In this document: piece by piece, positions 27,901 through 42,240 of the stretch
How the letters are laid out: each line of letters begins with the position of its first letter
How positions within the stretch are numbered: the stretch's first letter is position 1
NCBI RefSeq assembly: GCF_009914755.1
Contig: NC_060935.1
Source of the DNA: the human T2T-CHM13v2.0 reference genome, Homo sapiens
Direction: 5' to 3' (one strand)
Length of the DNA: 64,000 bases
The notes under the pieces: generated by a model
The model's database searches: none
Told to the model about the DNA's origin: nothing
The model's input: the letters and a program-made list of their open reading frames with translations, nothing else
Program-made: the position numbers and the translations under genes

Positions 27901-29475
27901 CTCTCCTAAGAGCCCTGCCTAATTGTAGAGAGAGCATTCAGGCTGTAAAGGGCAGGAGGCCTGGGGGCTACGACTAGGTTTGGGCTTTCTAAATTCCCAA
28001 GAGTATGATGGGAAGACCAACAGGCAGAATCAGAGAGAAGCAGTCAGCCCACTGCTGGGGAAAGCCAGTCAAGGTCAAGACTTCAGAATCTCCTCTCTGG
28101 AGAGAGAGTGAAAATTCCATTAGTGAAGTTTGTTCCACTGAAGCCTTACCAGGCCTTGGTAAAGGCCCCTATCTTGTGGTCCAGAATCAAGGGACTTCTG
28201 ATCTTAAAATAATATTCAATAAGCTCAAATTCTTCTCTCTAGGGCTCTCTTTTCATGATCACCTCTCCACACTTTATTAAAAAATCACATGAAGGGTAAG
28301 TGGGCTTCCTGTCATTTCAGTGTCTGACCTGTGCATAAGTTGGAATTTAACACTGGAAAATGATCAGCCAGATTGCCCAGTCTGAAACCCAGGTCCCCCA
28401 GTGACTAGCACAAGTTACTTACATCTTCTCAATGAATCAGTTACCTCTTGTGTAAAATGGGGATAATAAAAATGCCTGCCACACAGGATTGTTAGGAAAA
28501 TTAAGTGAAATATTAGGTGTAAAGTGCTGAATACCTTGAACCCAGACTAGGCACTCAGTGAGTGCTCACTGTGGTTATGGACCAGGAGCTGCAGGAATTA
28601 GAACACCATTGAGTAGCAGGAACTGGCTTTATTCTCATCTTCATGATAAAGCAACTTCTCCTTACATATAGCTTAATCTGGAACCAAAAATCTAATTCTG
28701 CCTCATCCCTCCTGAGGAGATGACAAATAGGGATCAGGCACACCTGGGTGGCTCAAGTTAGAAAACAAATTAACTCATTTTGCAGAATCTGGAGACGTCT
28801 GGTCGGGAGAACTGACAGTGCCCTCTCTTTGGGCATAGTATGACTGTAGGTTGTCTTTGGGTGGTCTTCATATGGAATGTACTGTGTTTGCCATGTTCCC
28901 TAGGAGATCTGGCCTCAGAAATGGCCCTGTGATGGTATGTGAACATACTGTCCTGTAACTGAGATGATAGCTTGCACATTCAGACAGACAAAGCCAGTTA
29001 CAAAACTAAAAGTTGGTCTCTGAAACATTTGCTTTCGGGGAAAACAGCAAATGTTCACAGAAGCAAAGTTCTGGGTTAAAGACATTTTAAGTATCCAATA
29101 AGGAATTCTCAGCAAACACCAGCTGGTGATTCCTCAGATATGATGTGGGAAAGGAACCTGATAGGTGATCTTTTTGCACCCTATAAGACTGCAGCCTGTC
29201 GGGGGTTGGGGGCAGAAAGAGAGCATTTATTAATTCATTATTTCATTCAACATTTGCCTACCATGGGAGGCTGTACTAGGTACTGGGAATATAATTGTGA
29301 AGAAGGGAGACACCATTTCTGTTGTCAACGAAGCCCACAGAGAAGTTCCAAAATTTCAGAATGCTGGAATTTCTGGTTACTAGAGACCTTGAAGATAATA
29401 ATTTCTTGTAATTCTTTACCTGGTTGTGTCACAGACTTTGAAAACCAATGAAAACCAGAGATGTTGCCCTACCTA

Positions 29476-29503
29476 AACACACACACACACACACACACAC
29501 ACA
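29476..29503. repeat. (AC)n microsatellite
   Basis: About 13 AC units. Confidence 0.95.
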
Positions 29504-29934
29504 TCCATACACACAATCTTGCATATAATCTCACAGGTCCATGGATGTATTGACCAGCTCCTGGATTCCATATTGAAAATCCCTTGCAGCCCAGCTCCAA
29601 TACTAGTACCAGGCCACTCACCTCTCAGGAAAGTTTGGGAAGACGTAGATAATGGCAACTTGGGTGAAAATTACACAGTGCTCTCTTCCCAGCACATGTT
29701 GTGATTTTCTACAACTTCAGAAATAACTGGGGTGGACCAAGAAGCTATTATTCCTCGCAGGCCCTACAATCTAGGCAAAGCTTTGAAATGTGCTCGGACA
29801 ATTTTATCAGAGATCTATTTTCCTTGATCTGAGGCTTAGGGGGCAGTATAGATGAGATTAATGGCATTTGGGATCAGTGATGGTTTATCCAGGAGAGAAT
29901 GCATAGTACCTGTAACCAGGAGCCTGAATAGGAG

Positions 29935-30320
29935 GCAACATAGCATAGAGGTTAGAATGCTGACTTTCCCACTTGGATGACATTGGGCAAAGGACTTCAC
30001 CACTTTGTGCCTCAGTTTCCTCATCTCTAAAATGGGTTTAGCAATAGTGCCTACCTCATAGCATTTTTATGAGAATTAAATTAGCTGAAGTACATAAGGC
30101 ACCTAATAAGTGTGCAATGCTCATTGGCTCTGATTATTAAGTGTCAAACACCATATCAAGTGTTTGACATACCTTATTTCATGTAATAGTCCCATAAACC
30201 CTGACAGGTTCGCATTGTCATCCCATCAAGGAAGAGGTGGAGAGTCAGAGAGGTTAAGTAATTAACAACCTGTGTCACCTAAAGTGAGTGGCAGGGTCAG
30301 GAATTGAACCAGGTTTGAGG
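29935..30320. mobile_element. Two adjacent MIRs in opposite orientation (+ ~29935-30135; - ~30135-30320)
   Basis: gtgcctcagtttcctcatctctaaaatggg (+), then agagaggttaagtaatt...caggaattgaacc (-). Confidence 0.7.
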
Positions 30321-31656
30321 AGGTCCTAACTAGGTTGAACTACTGACCTTCATAAAAGTTTGGCACTACAGACCAGCTTTATAGGACAAAAAAACCTTCT
30401 TTCAGAGCTCCTTTTTCTCGCCTTCCTGACAGCTCCCTAGCAGACCTCTTCCCATGTGGGTAGGGAGATAAGGTTCCTAGACACTGGGACACTGGTCTCC
30501 ATGACCCCTCTGTGCTGCCCACAGCCCTATAGTAATGAGCGTGCTAAAGGCCTGGTGGCATTTCTACCACGGGAAGTCTCCTCTCCAAATCCAAAAGTGG
30601 CCTCAAACAGTCAGTGTTTTCAGTTGAACTCATTTATCGCTCAGAGGGAGGCACTTGGGACATTTTATTCATTACATGATGCAGGAGATTTATTGGAGAC
30701 CAGAGGGCTCAACGGAAAACATTCTTGGTTTATTTCCAGCCAGAAAGGCTTGTTTGAGAGATGCAATCAGCCATTTAGTATTAGCTTCTTGAATCAAAGT
30801 GGATCCTGAATCACAGAGTTCTCTGTTTCTCAGGAGAGACACACAGACATCTGAGGAGTCTTGCCTCTCTATAGTGGTTTGCAGCATGGCTAGCACCATT
30901 GCCAGAGACACTGGCACTCTGTCAAGCAATGTTCTGTGGTCCATGGCTATTCACATCTTAACCTTGCCTTAATTCTACTTCATTGTGAGTTTGGGCATGT
31001 TTCTTTATTTCTTCCCCTCTCTGTGTGTTAGTTTCTCCATCTGGAAAATGAGGATACTAATATTACCCACCTCATAGGAATGTTTTAAGGATAAAATGAG
31101 TAAATAATTCTAAAGTGCCTAAAATAGAGCCTGGCATATACATAATGAATGCACAATAAATATTAGCCACTGCTCTTGCTGTTGGCATTATTAATATCCT
31201 CCCGGGTAATAATTTGGGTTTGCGTTAGTATCAAGGAAACCTGATGAAATGTCTTCATAAATTATCAGGGTTTGAATGACACACAGCCTTGAAAATGTTG
31301 GCTCCTTTTAAGTCAAGAGGGACCTAGAGTAGAAGGATTGTGAACATTCACAGGATAGTTGACCAGAAATGAAGTATTTGACACCATTCTTGCAACTCCT
31401 AAGTAGCTAAATAGCGTCAGGGTTAGGAGTTGGACTTTCTCATGAGATCAAGATAAATGTAAGCTGTGGAATTTTTACTTTGCATAGGATTTCTTCATCC
31501 AATCAGCAGCCCTTTGCAGATACCTACAATGTGTCAGAACCTGCTTAAGCCTTCACATCTAGGAAGGCTAAAGGTTGAGTTTGTCTGTTTCATCCTGTCT
31601 TGGCTGATCACATGCACATACAACCACACACTCACTTGCATACAAACATATAAGTA

Positions 31657-32986
31657 TGAGGAGAATTCAAAATGTTCATGGAAAAATGAGATTAAAAGAT
31701 AAAAGTTTAAAGATGTAAACTTTACTTCTCAACATAAGCACCATCACATTCAAGATACTGTTATAAGCTATGATAGCGGCCATTTAGTCCATCCCTAAAG
31801 AACTGAGGGTCCTGGGAATTTAATCACATCAATGCAATCTTTCTTACATTGTTAACTAAAGAAAAATGGGTGCCCTTTGAAGATTTTTAAAGATTAAGTA
31901 ACAAAAAAAAAAAAGTCAGAAGGAGTCAAATTTGGACTATAAGGTGGATGCCTAATGGCTTCTCCATAGAAATTCTCAAAAAAATTGCCTTTGTTTGATG
32001 AGAATAATGAGCAGGAGCATTGTCATGTCATGATGGAGGAAGACTCTCTGGTGAAGCTTTTCGATACATTTTTTCTTCAAAAGCTTGGGCTACCTTTCTG
32101 AAAACACTCTCATAATTAGCAGATGTTATCGTTCTTTGACCTTCCAGAAAGTTAACAAACAAAATGCCTTGAGCATCTCAGACAACGGCTGCCATGACCT
32201 TGGCTCTACACTGGTCCACCTGCTTTGACTGGTCCACTTTTGCTTTGACTGGACCACTTCCACCTCTTGGTAGCTATTCCTTTGATTGTGCTTTGTCTTC
32301 AGGATCACACACATAAGGCCATGTTTCATCTCCTGTTATAATTCTCAAAGAAATGCTTCAGGATCTTGATCCCACTTGTTTAAAATTTCCATTGAAAGCT
32401 CAGCTCTTGGTTGCAGCTGATCTGGGCACAATGGTTTTGGCAACCACTGAGTGGAAAGTTTGCTCAACTTTAATTTTTCAGTCAGATTTGTGTAAGCTGA
32501 ACCAGTTGAGATGTCTATGATGCTGGCCATTGTTTCTGCTGTTAATCATTGGTCCTCTTCATTTAAGTCACAAATAAGATTAATTTTTTTCTCCCAAATT
32601 GATGTGGATGGCATATCGCTGCAGGCTTCATCTTCAACATCATCTTGTCCCTTCTTCAAACAAGTTATCTGTTTGTAAGCTGCTGATTTCTTTGGGACAT
32701 TGTCCTGATGAACTTTTCATAAAGCATCAATGATTTTTTCATTCTTCCACCTAAGCTTCACCAAAAATTTTGGTGTGTGTTCTTGCTTCAATTTTAGCAG
32801 AATTCATGTTGCTCTGAGAGAGGATCTTTTCAAACATGTCTTATCCTTGTTAGTGCCTCAAACTAGATCCTGTTCAGATATATCAAGTTAGTGAGAGTTT
32901 ATTTTGGTGCAAAAAAAAAAATTTGAAATCTATGTATAGTTTTTTCATAGCACGTATTTTTCATGGAACTTTTGGAAGACCCGTCA
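31657..32986 (-). mobile_element. Full-length Hsmar2 mariner DNA transposon with a degraded transposase pseudogene (start codon at complement 32805-32807)
   Basis: TIRs tgaggagaattcaaaatgttcatggaaaaat / atttttcatggaacttttggaagacccgtca; TA duplication on both sides; ~1.33 kb. Minus-strand peptides MNSAKIEAR..., LSKLSTQWLPKPLCPDQLQPRAELSMEILNKWDQDPEAFL (mariner WVP-region-like). Confidence 0.92.
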
Positions 32987-34851
32987 TATAGACACACTCA
33001 CACAATGGATGCATGTATTGTCAGTGAAGTTATGTTGGCTTCTGAAACTCAAGGGATTTTGCTGAAACTCATGAAACTCAAGGGATTTTACTGAAAAGTC
33101 TCAGCCTCAATTGGTTCCTCTTACATTTGCATATTCTGTCTGCCAGGTGGCAAGGTAGAATTGACTGTAATAAGAAAGAAACTACCATTGAGCTCCAATT
33201 ATTGTCCATGCCTCAGAGTTGATTTTTAACCTGAGAGTGACAGCAGCCACCTGGGCCAGGGGCAGACAGGTAGTTTGCCTCACCTGGAATCAGAGGCTCC
33301 CCTATCAGCCTTATCTTCAAGAAGCTGATAGGAATGCTTTGTTTTTCTTTTGTGTGCTGGACAAGGAGAGGCCCCGGAAGGTCTGTCATGTAGATTGACA
33401 GTTTCCTTTTGTAAGACTGGCCAACTGAGGCCAAAGTTGAAAATGTCAGTAAAAACAAATAGTATTGCAAAAGGGCCTTATGCATTTCCTTCTCTATCCT
33501 CTCATTGCCCCATCAGCCGAGTGCTGCATGAGTGGCTTAAGAGAACACCATTAGGCTTGAAAAAGAGTGAACTGCAAAAACACATTTTCTCCATTTCACC
33601 TAGTTGTTATTTTCCCCCCATGTGCTAATGATGCAAACAAAAGAAAATAAAAATAATAGACATTGGCTTATGTCTTTTCAAGTTCCATTTCTTGTTTCTT
33701 CTTTTACTATTTTCAGAATCAAGGAAGATAATACAGAATTTTAACAGTTTTCTTACCTCATTTTGCATTTGTTAGACATTGTTTCCTCGTGGTTGAGACC
33801 TGCTTCCTGCTCAGGAAAGAGAAAGCAGTGGTTGCCCATACAATTCAATAATAATGACTCTTTGTCATTATTTAACAGTTGTTTAGGTGTGCCTCTCTCC
33901 TTTCTTCAGTTGCACTAATGATAGAAAAGGATCCTTGGGCACATAGTAAAGTGGTTCAAATCATGGGTTTGGGTGGTAAACAGGTCTGAGATAGATTTCC
34001 TGCTCTGCCACTTAAGAGCTGGGTGACGTTGGGGAGTCATTTAATTTTTCTGAGCTTCACCCATAAATAATACATACATACATAAAACTCACCTTTCAGG
34101 TTTCTGAAGATGATGCAACACAGAATCTCAAAGGTACTGGGTACCCAGGGACACTGCAGTAATAGGTCCCCTCTCCTATTGCTGTCAGCTCAGAAATACA
34201 GAACAGAGCAACTGGGATTCAGAAAGGAGACTATAGGCTCTAGATAGAGGTACTCACTCACTTCCTTGGGCAACTCACTTCCCTGAGCCTCAACTTTCTT
34301 GTTGGTAAATAAGTGGAATCTTCCTACCCACCACTAGAACTGTGCAAGGAAGAGATGGAGCTGGTTAATGCCAGTTCTGTCTGATTCCAGACCTGGTTCT
34401 TAACTAACAACAAGGAGTGGTGCCTGGCCAGGCACTTGGGGCATTGTCCCAAGAGGATGTCAACATGTCTTCTTAGAGAAGGACAGTCATTGAGGCCTGA
34501 GGAAGTGTTCAGGAGGAATAAGCTTCACCAGGATAGTTTCAATGACTTAACCCTTTGCATGCAGTTTCCTCAAGTGTAAACCGGGGGTCATATAGTCCCA
34601 GGAGTTTTCAATTACAGCCTTTGAAGTCTTTTGAGATTGTTACACAGGATCAAGTAGAAGAGGATGATTTCTAGCTCTCTATTGGAATTTCAGATTAATG
34701 TCTACAAAACTCACTAAAGTCCTTGTATTGAATAATTCTTTACCCAACTGATAGCAGTTAGGCTTCATTTTCAATGCCATTAACTCTGAGAGCAAACGAC
34801 AGGCTTTTGGTCTGCCAATATATTAAAAGTGTGTTTCTGAGGAAATTTCAA

Positions 34852-35400
34852 TGAGTCATTCGTTTATATAACAAATACTTGTTGAGCATCTACTTTCTAT
34901 TGGGTACTGTTATAGGGATTAGAGATAACAGCTGCAAGCAAGTAAAAGGCCCTTGCTTTCTCAGAGCTTTCATTCCAGGAAGGAGAGAAAGAGAGTAACC
35001 ACACACATCAATAGATGACCAGGCTGTTGTGAAGACACAAAAGCCAAATGAGTTGAGGGAGAGACTGGGGGTTAGACAAGGGTGTTTAGGGAAGCACTCT
35101 AAAGTGAGGTGATGTGGAGTTAAAATTCTGAATGATAAAAAAAATGAACCACCTATGTGACCATTTGAGGATGGAACATTCCAGACAGAGAGGAAGGCAG
35201 ATACAAATATTCTAGGATGGGAAGGAGCTCAGAATGTCTGAGAGAATTGAAGACAAGCTTTGTGCTTAGAGCAGAGCAAGCTACTTTGAGGTTAGAGAGG
35301 GAGCCAGGAGCCAGATTATGTTGGTTTTAGCCATAATAAGAACATTTATACTGGGTATGAACATAAACTCTTGGAGGTTGTAAGCCAGGGAGAGATCACT
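34852..35400 (-). mobile_element. L2 relic (approximate bounds)
   Basis: tcattcgtttatataacaaatacttgttgagcatctact... antisense L2 3' end, followed by typical L2 body. Confidence 0.7.
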
Positions 35401-35913
35401 TGATTGTGAAAAAATGCTCATAACATAAGATTAAGTGGAAAAATGACTCTTAAATCTAGAACTGTATATTCAGTACCATTTCAATTATGCAAGCATATGT
35501 GTGAGTATGTATATTTGTGTGTATGTGTGTATGTGTATATAGATACATACTTTATGTATATATGCATAAAGTACGTGTGTGCATGTGTGCACGTGTGAAT
35601 GTGTGTATTCAGTAAACAAACTGGAAGAAGATATAGAAAAGTGTTTGCTGTAGTTTTTGTAGTGGTGGACTTATTTTCCTTCATTGCTTTCCTGTGTTTT
35701 GTAAGTTTTCTGTAAGTTTGTATGACATCAATAATCAAAATTAAATCATTTGCTTTTTAAAAACTTTGTTGCAGAGCAATCAATGGAGAGAATGTAAGAG
35801 TGATATTATTTTACCATGTCTTTTCTCAGATTTGAGCTTAATATCATGGTGCTTTGGAATGCTGGAGTGAATTTTGAAGGCTCTGGCTAGCAGAGAAGTT
35901 TATTTGGCTTTTT

Positions 35914-36550
<637 letters not shown>

Positions 36551-36634
36551 TAAGGAGTCTGTCCTAAACTGAACTTATTACTGTCTCCAAATTATTTATG
36601 CAAAAGAATCTAACATTTCTGTTTCTTCCCATAG

Positions 36635-36800
36635 ATTTGAATATAACCTGCCGCTTTGCAGGTGTATTCCACGTGGAGAAAAATGGTCGCTACAGCATCT
36701 CTCGGACGGAGGCCGCTGACCTCTGCAAGGCTTTCAATAGCACCTTGCCCACAATGGCCCAGATGGAGAAAGCTCTGAGCATCGGATTTGAGACCTGCAG
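36635..36800 (+). CDS. CD44: CD44 constant exon 2 (166 bp): Link module N-half, (D)[54 protein letters not shown](R)
   Basis: Translation matches CD44. Acceptor ccatag|ATTTG, donor TGCAG|gtaaga; phase 1 in, phase 2 out. Confidence 0.99.
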
Positions 36801-37822
36801 GTAAGAGACCAGCACCCGACCACTGGGGAAAGCTGGCGGCCTGGGACCAGGCAGCTGGGCTTAGAACTGGAAGGCTCCTTTCCCACAGCTGAATGGATTA
36901 TTGCCTAAGGAGTCAACCCCACGTATTAATTTGGCCAAGTCAATCTGCAACCTGTATGACAACTGGAGTTTAAAGTCAGCTAAAGACACCTTTGTGAATC
37001 ATAGAGCGGGAACCCAGAGGAAGCCATTAGGGGTCCTCTCGGCTGGAATCCTCTTGTCTAACCTGCTTCCACAGAGCTCTCCTGGCTTTGAAGAAGCTGC
37101 AGTATCATTGTCAGAACCACAAGAAAACATAAACCAAATAACAGTGTTTGAAATAAATATGTGGCTGTTAGAGTCTTGGCCCTGCAGACTTGGATCAAAG
37201 CAGACTTTTCAAACTACTCTCTCTTACTCTCTCTTAAAAAAAATTTTTTTTGGTTTCTCTTCTATGTTTCTCTGGTTTGAAAAAGTAAATAAAAAGGCAT
37301 GAAAGTTATTAAGCTATATTATATTAAGATATATTATTTTTGGGAGCCCTGAGAGGGCTCCTACCAGTTATTCTAGAGCTGCATAGAGCCTTCCTCAAAC
37401 TATGGCTCCAAGCAAGATAATCACAACAAGCAAGGACTTTATTTTTTGAATTTCCAATGGCCTTGCGGTAAGCGGTGCACAAGAAGAGCAAGCCACGGTG
37501 GCAATCACAGTGAATTGTTGTGGTTCGATTTGTTTTCACTAGAAGAGGACTGAGTAACCTCTGCAACTGCTCTGAAGTTTCTACCCCAGCCTGTAGCTGT
37601 GCTTTTGCAGTGTCTTTAGGTAATATGATTCCCCTTTCTCTGCAACACACACTCACATGCACACAGACTGCTTTTGAAAAGTCAAGCTGCAGAACTCTAC
37701 GGAAACCATGAAGTGTAAGTTAAGTGCTTCTATCCTCCAACACTGGTTACAGTCATGCACCCACATTATGAGTGATGGCTGAGACTCTTGCTGAAAGGGA
37801 AAAGGAAAGTCTTTTGCCTAAA

Positions 37823-38032
37823 ATTGCCCTGTCTGATATGGTAGCCACTAACCACATGTGGTGACTTACACTTAAACTAATTAAAATACTAAAATTAAAA
37901 CTTTAGTTCTTCACTAGCACTAACTACATTTTAAGTGCTCGGTTAGTCACCGATGGCCAGTGGCTACTGTACTGGATGACCCAGGTTAGAGAACATTTCC
38001 ATCATTGCAGAAAGTTCTATTGAGGAGCACTG
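37823..38032. mobile_element. MER3-like hAT-Charlie MITE
   Basis: tatggtagccactaaccacatgtgg ... tttccatcattgcagaaagttctattg...agcactg. Confidence 0.75.
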
Positions 38033-40333
38033 CTCTAAAATAAAGAGCAGATGTACATAGACATCTGTATGTGTTCAGAGCTAGGTCTGGGGGAATATGA
38101 AAGGAGCAGAGAGAGGGAGAAAGCTCTGGTGGCTACTGAACTTGCACTGTAGGATGCAATGAAAAAAGGCCATTTAGCAAATCCATTATTCTATTCCCAA
38201 GGCTAATTGTTTAATTATGGCCCTGACTAGGCCACTGGCCTAAGAAAGTGAATTTAGTAAGCTGAACTTTGATTGTGAAATACAAACAAGGCATACTTGC
38301 AAAATATAGATATGCTGCCATGTGCTGAGGACCAGGGGAGTTCTTACAACTGCCACTGGCCAATCATCAAGCACTTAGATGCTGGGAGCCCTGCTGCCCA
38401 CCTGGCCAAACCCCTCACTTAATCCTCAAACTGCAGTATTGGTCAATATTATCACCTCATTTTATGGATGAAGCAGCCGAGGCTTAGCGAATTTGCACAC
38501 ACAGCCTGCCTATGGAGGAGTTAGGATTCTGGTTCTGCTTAGCCTCAGCCCAGGACAGGATTTTAATGACCAAGTCCTCCTCAGGGGCTTAAAAGGGGAG
38601 GAAAGTATGCTTCCTGGATTTGCTGAATATTCTTTCCTCCTTGTGAACAGTAACTTACTCATGCCACATACACACATATAAACTTTAATATCCCCAATTT
38701 ACAGTTAGCATGACCCATAAAACCGGTAGGCAACATGAGGTGGCAAAAACTCAGTAATAGCTTACAAAGAGAATGCAATAGATTCTAGAATGTTGGTGTT
38801 ATCCATACTTGATGACATGATGTGATGGGGGTGAGTTGGTGGGTAGGTTCACCAAGAAGTATTATTTAGAAAAACTGTGCCAAAGAAATCTATCATTTCA
38901 CCCATAACTGGTATTAAGTATTGCAAAACTCATTTCCATAATTTCTCTCAGGTAGCTATGAATCAGCTTTCTGCCACAGGACAGATGGCAGAGTCTCATG
39001 GGTTAGGATAAAACCTTAGCAGCTACTCTCTTTTGTCTGCCCCACCCTGATTGGTAGCAACTCTTAGATATATGAAAACTTATTACCATTTAATTGTGCC
39101 CACACCCCCTGCCAAGCTAAGGAGGCTTTGGGGAAACCAGTTTGTCTGTTCAGATGAGAAATTAGTCATGCGAGCTACAATTGCCACATAGGTAGGAGTT
39201 CTGTGTGCTTGGAAACTTCAGACTCACAGACATTTCCATGGGTCGTGCAGGGTGATGCACTCCATGCTGTTGCCCCTGGCAGGAAAGATGAAAAGCATCA
39301 ATGTGCATTTTAGCCAGAATTGCATTTTGAAAAACCTGCTGGATTTAGCTTCCTCCTCTCTGCCCTCCTGCTGCACCACAGCTTCCCTTGCACATGGCAT
39401 TTTCTCAGCCCACATCTCATTTTTTGAGACATTTTATATTCAAAAAAAATTGTGTTTTTAGCACAATTAAAAAATAAGCAAGTTTTTAGCCACCAGGATG
39501 CTGCTAGAAGAGGCTGGGCTGTGTATGTTGTATCTGTATGTCGTATCCAGCTGTAACACACTCCCAGAGATACCTTGGTGGGGAGAGAGGGGCTATGCAT
39601 TTCTCTGGCTGTGCTACTTCTGGAAAGTTCCTGAGCTACATGAGCCGTTGCTATCTGCTTACTTAATTGCTATGACTCCCATTGTAATGATGGTTAATTT
39701 ATTCCCACTGGCAATAGAATTATGCCTGCAATGCTCAGGAGGCAGTGTGCTGTGCTGTGTACTTGGCATATAAACAAGGCTTCATGTTTAGGGCAATGGA
39801 GTATGGAGTAAGGGGACTCACAGGAAAAGTTGTGGCTGAGAAAGAAGTGGGGGAATGGGACATGAGGCAGGTCTGGAATGTGTGCACTGAAATAAAGAAG
39901 CACCCCTTCCTATCTATGGAAGCTGGCCATTTTGTGTATTTTCTGGAAAACATGAAGGTATTCCAGAGCCAGCATGAATCTTACATCAAAACTTCTCTCT
40001 TCTGTGACTCAGGCTTCCTTCTGTTTGTTCAAATAGACTCAACACTGCTGAACACAAATTTTAACTGAAACTAATTATTCCTTTCATGATTTTTTTTTAA
40101 AGCTCTTTATAGGTCTCTAAATAAAATCACTTTGTTTCTATCAGTCTTGTTGATCTCTTTCCCTCTCTATGCTGTTATTTTTGGATTTCAAATAACTCGG
40201 TTGTTGAAACCTCCGATATCCCTAGGGGTGAACTGAATGAAGTGTTGCACGGCATTAAATGTCATTGAATGGGATATTATGAAATTCCCATCTTAGCCAT
40301 TTAGGTCAATATCCTGTTGTTTTTCTCTTACAG

Positions 40334-40467
40334 GTATGGGTTCATAGAAGGGCACGTGGTGATTCCCCGGATCCACCCCAACTCCATCTGTGCAGCAAAC
40401 AACACAGGGGTGTACATCCTCACATCCAACACCTCCCAGTATGACACATATTGCTTCAATGCTTCAG
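40334..40467 (+). CDS. CD44: CD44 constant exon 3 (134 bp): Link module C-half, [44 protein letters not shown]
   Basis: Acceptor ttttctcttacag|GTATGG, donor TTCAG|gttggt; translation matches CD44. Confidence 0.99.
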
Positions 40468-40676
40468 GTTGGTTCTCAGGGGGGTGTCTGTTGGCGTGAA
40501 AGGCTGTGGGAGCCTGGTCTTTGGAGCTCAGCTTAAGTGGGGATTCATGTAGCCTCCATTTACATAACAAATGCTCACTGAATATCTGTACAGCAGAGCC
40601 AACATTCCTGTCTCCATGGAGCTTACATGCTAAATTGGGGAGGCAAACAATAAACAAATAAATATTAAATACCATT

Positions 40677-40906
40677 CAGGACTGTCCAATCTTTTGGCTT
40701 CCCTAGGTCACATTGGGAGAAGAATTGTCTTGGGCCCCACATAAATTACACTAAAACTAAGAGTAGCTGATAAGCTAAAACACAAACAAAAATCACACAA
40801 AAAAAATCTCATAATGTTTTAAGAAAGTTTACGGGTTTGTGTTGGACCACATTCAAAGTCATCCTGGACCACACAAGGCCTGTGAGCCGCAGGTTGGACA
40901 AGCTTG
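40677..40906 (+). mobile_element. MER30 hAT-Charlie MITE (inside an L2 relic)
   Basis: caggactgtccaatcttttggcttccct ... ggttggacaagcttg termini. Confidence 0.88.
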
Positions 40907-41714
40907 CCCTATATGAAGTCTGAAAGTGATAAAAGTGCTATAAAAAAGAAAGCAAAATACGAGGCTAATGAGTGCTAGGGATGCTTTTATTTTCTGAGAA
41001 GGTGGTCAGGGAAAGTGCCTCCTGGACTGTTCTGAGAATATCAGTGCTCAGAAGGGAGAATGCCAAGGAATAAAGTCAGAGAGCTAAGCAAGGGCCAGCT
41101 AACGGGGTGATTCATTCTCAGTGTGATGGGAAGTCATTACAGGTTTTGAATAAGGGAGTGACATGAATCTAATGATAGCTTTGGGGTGTAAGTCAAATGT
41201 CTTAGCTGAGAGGTATTTATTATATGAGAGGGCTGGAAAAAAGCCTTGGAGAGTATATGGTATGCCTTTGACCTTCTTAAATATCCCTTACCCAACAGTT
41301 GAAAGAACCAGAGAAGAAGAAACCTAAGTTAAGATGTAGATGCTAGGACACAGGCCAGCCTTTCTCTATGTCTTTGTGACTTTCTCCCAACCATTAACCT
41401 AGAAAATCAGGCTTATGAGCCTTATTCAAGTCCTAGCAAAATTAAAGAATTCTATGCATCATGAATTTTCAGAATTTTTTGAGAAGGATCAAAATATAAA
41501 TGTCAAATATCTCGATGCCAACTATCAAAAGTCTTACCTCTTAAACTGGGCCTTCTGTTCCCATGGAAGGTTTGAAGTTGGGTGAAGGGAAAGATGAAGC
41601 CTTGAGGTAAACTTGGTACATCTTGCTGGAGTGTCAGTTTTCCCTAAAGATGTGAAGGGGATGTTAAATTAGCTGGAAAGGGACTTAAGACATTATCAGC
41701 CTGAGACAAACACA

Positions 41715-42240
41715 GATATATACATATACATATATATATATTTTTATATATATATTTATTTATATATATTTATAAATATTTATTTATATTTATATATTTA
41801 TATTCATTTATATAAATTTATATTTATATATTTATATTTATTTATATAAATTTATATATAAATTATATTTATATATTTAAATATATATTATAAATATATA
41901 AAAATTATATTTATATATAAATTTATATATATATATTATATATAATTCTATATATAATATAATATATATTATATATTATATATTATATATAAATATATAT
42001 TATATATTATATATTATATATAAATATATATTATATATTATATATTATATATAAATATATATAATATATATAAATTTTATATATATAAATATTATATATT
42101 ATATATAAATTTATATTTATATATATTTATATATGTATATATAAATATATACACATTTATATATATAAAATCAAGATATCACAGATATATATACCATATA
42201 CATCAAATATAAATATACATATACCATATATATGGTAGTA
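41715..42240. repeat. (TA)-rich low-complexity tract with an internal 31-bp tandem unit
   Basis: Almost pure A/T for ~450 bp; aaatatatattatatattatatattatatat-type units at ~41960, 41991 and 42022. Confidence 0.97.

Noticed and set aside
32126-32530. Possible active mariner transposase
   Set aside because: Only frameshifted, stop-interrupted fragments remain.
33042-33095. Short repeats (ctgaaactcaagggatttt x2; also 7079-7174) as a CRISPR-like array
   Set aside because: Eukaryotic intron with only two copies and no unique spacers; simple slippage duplications.
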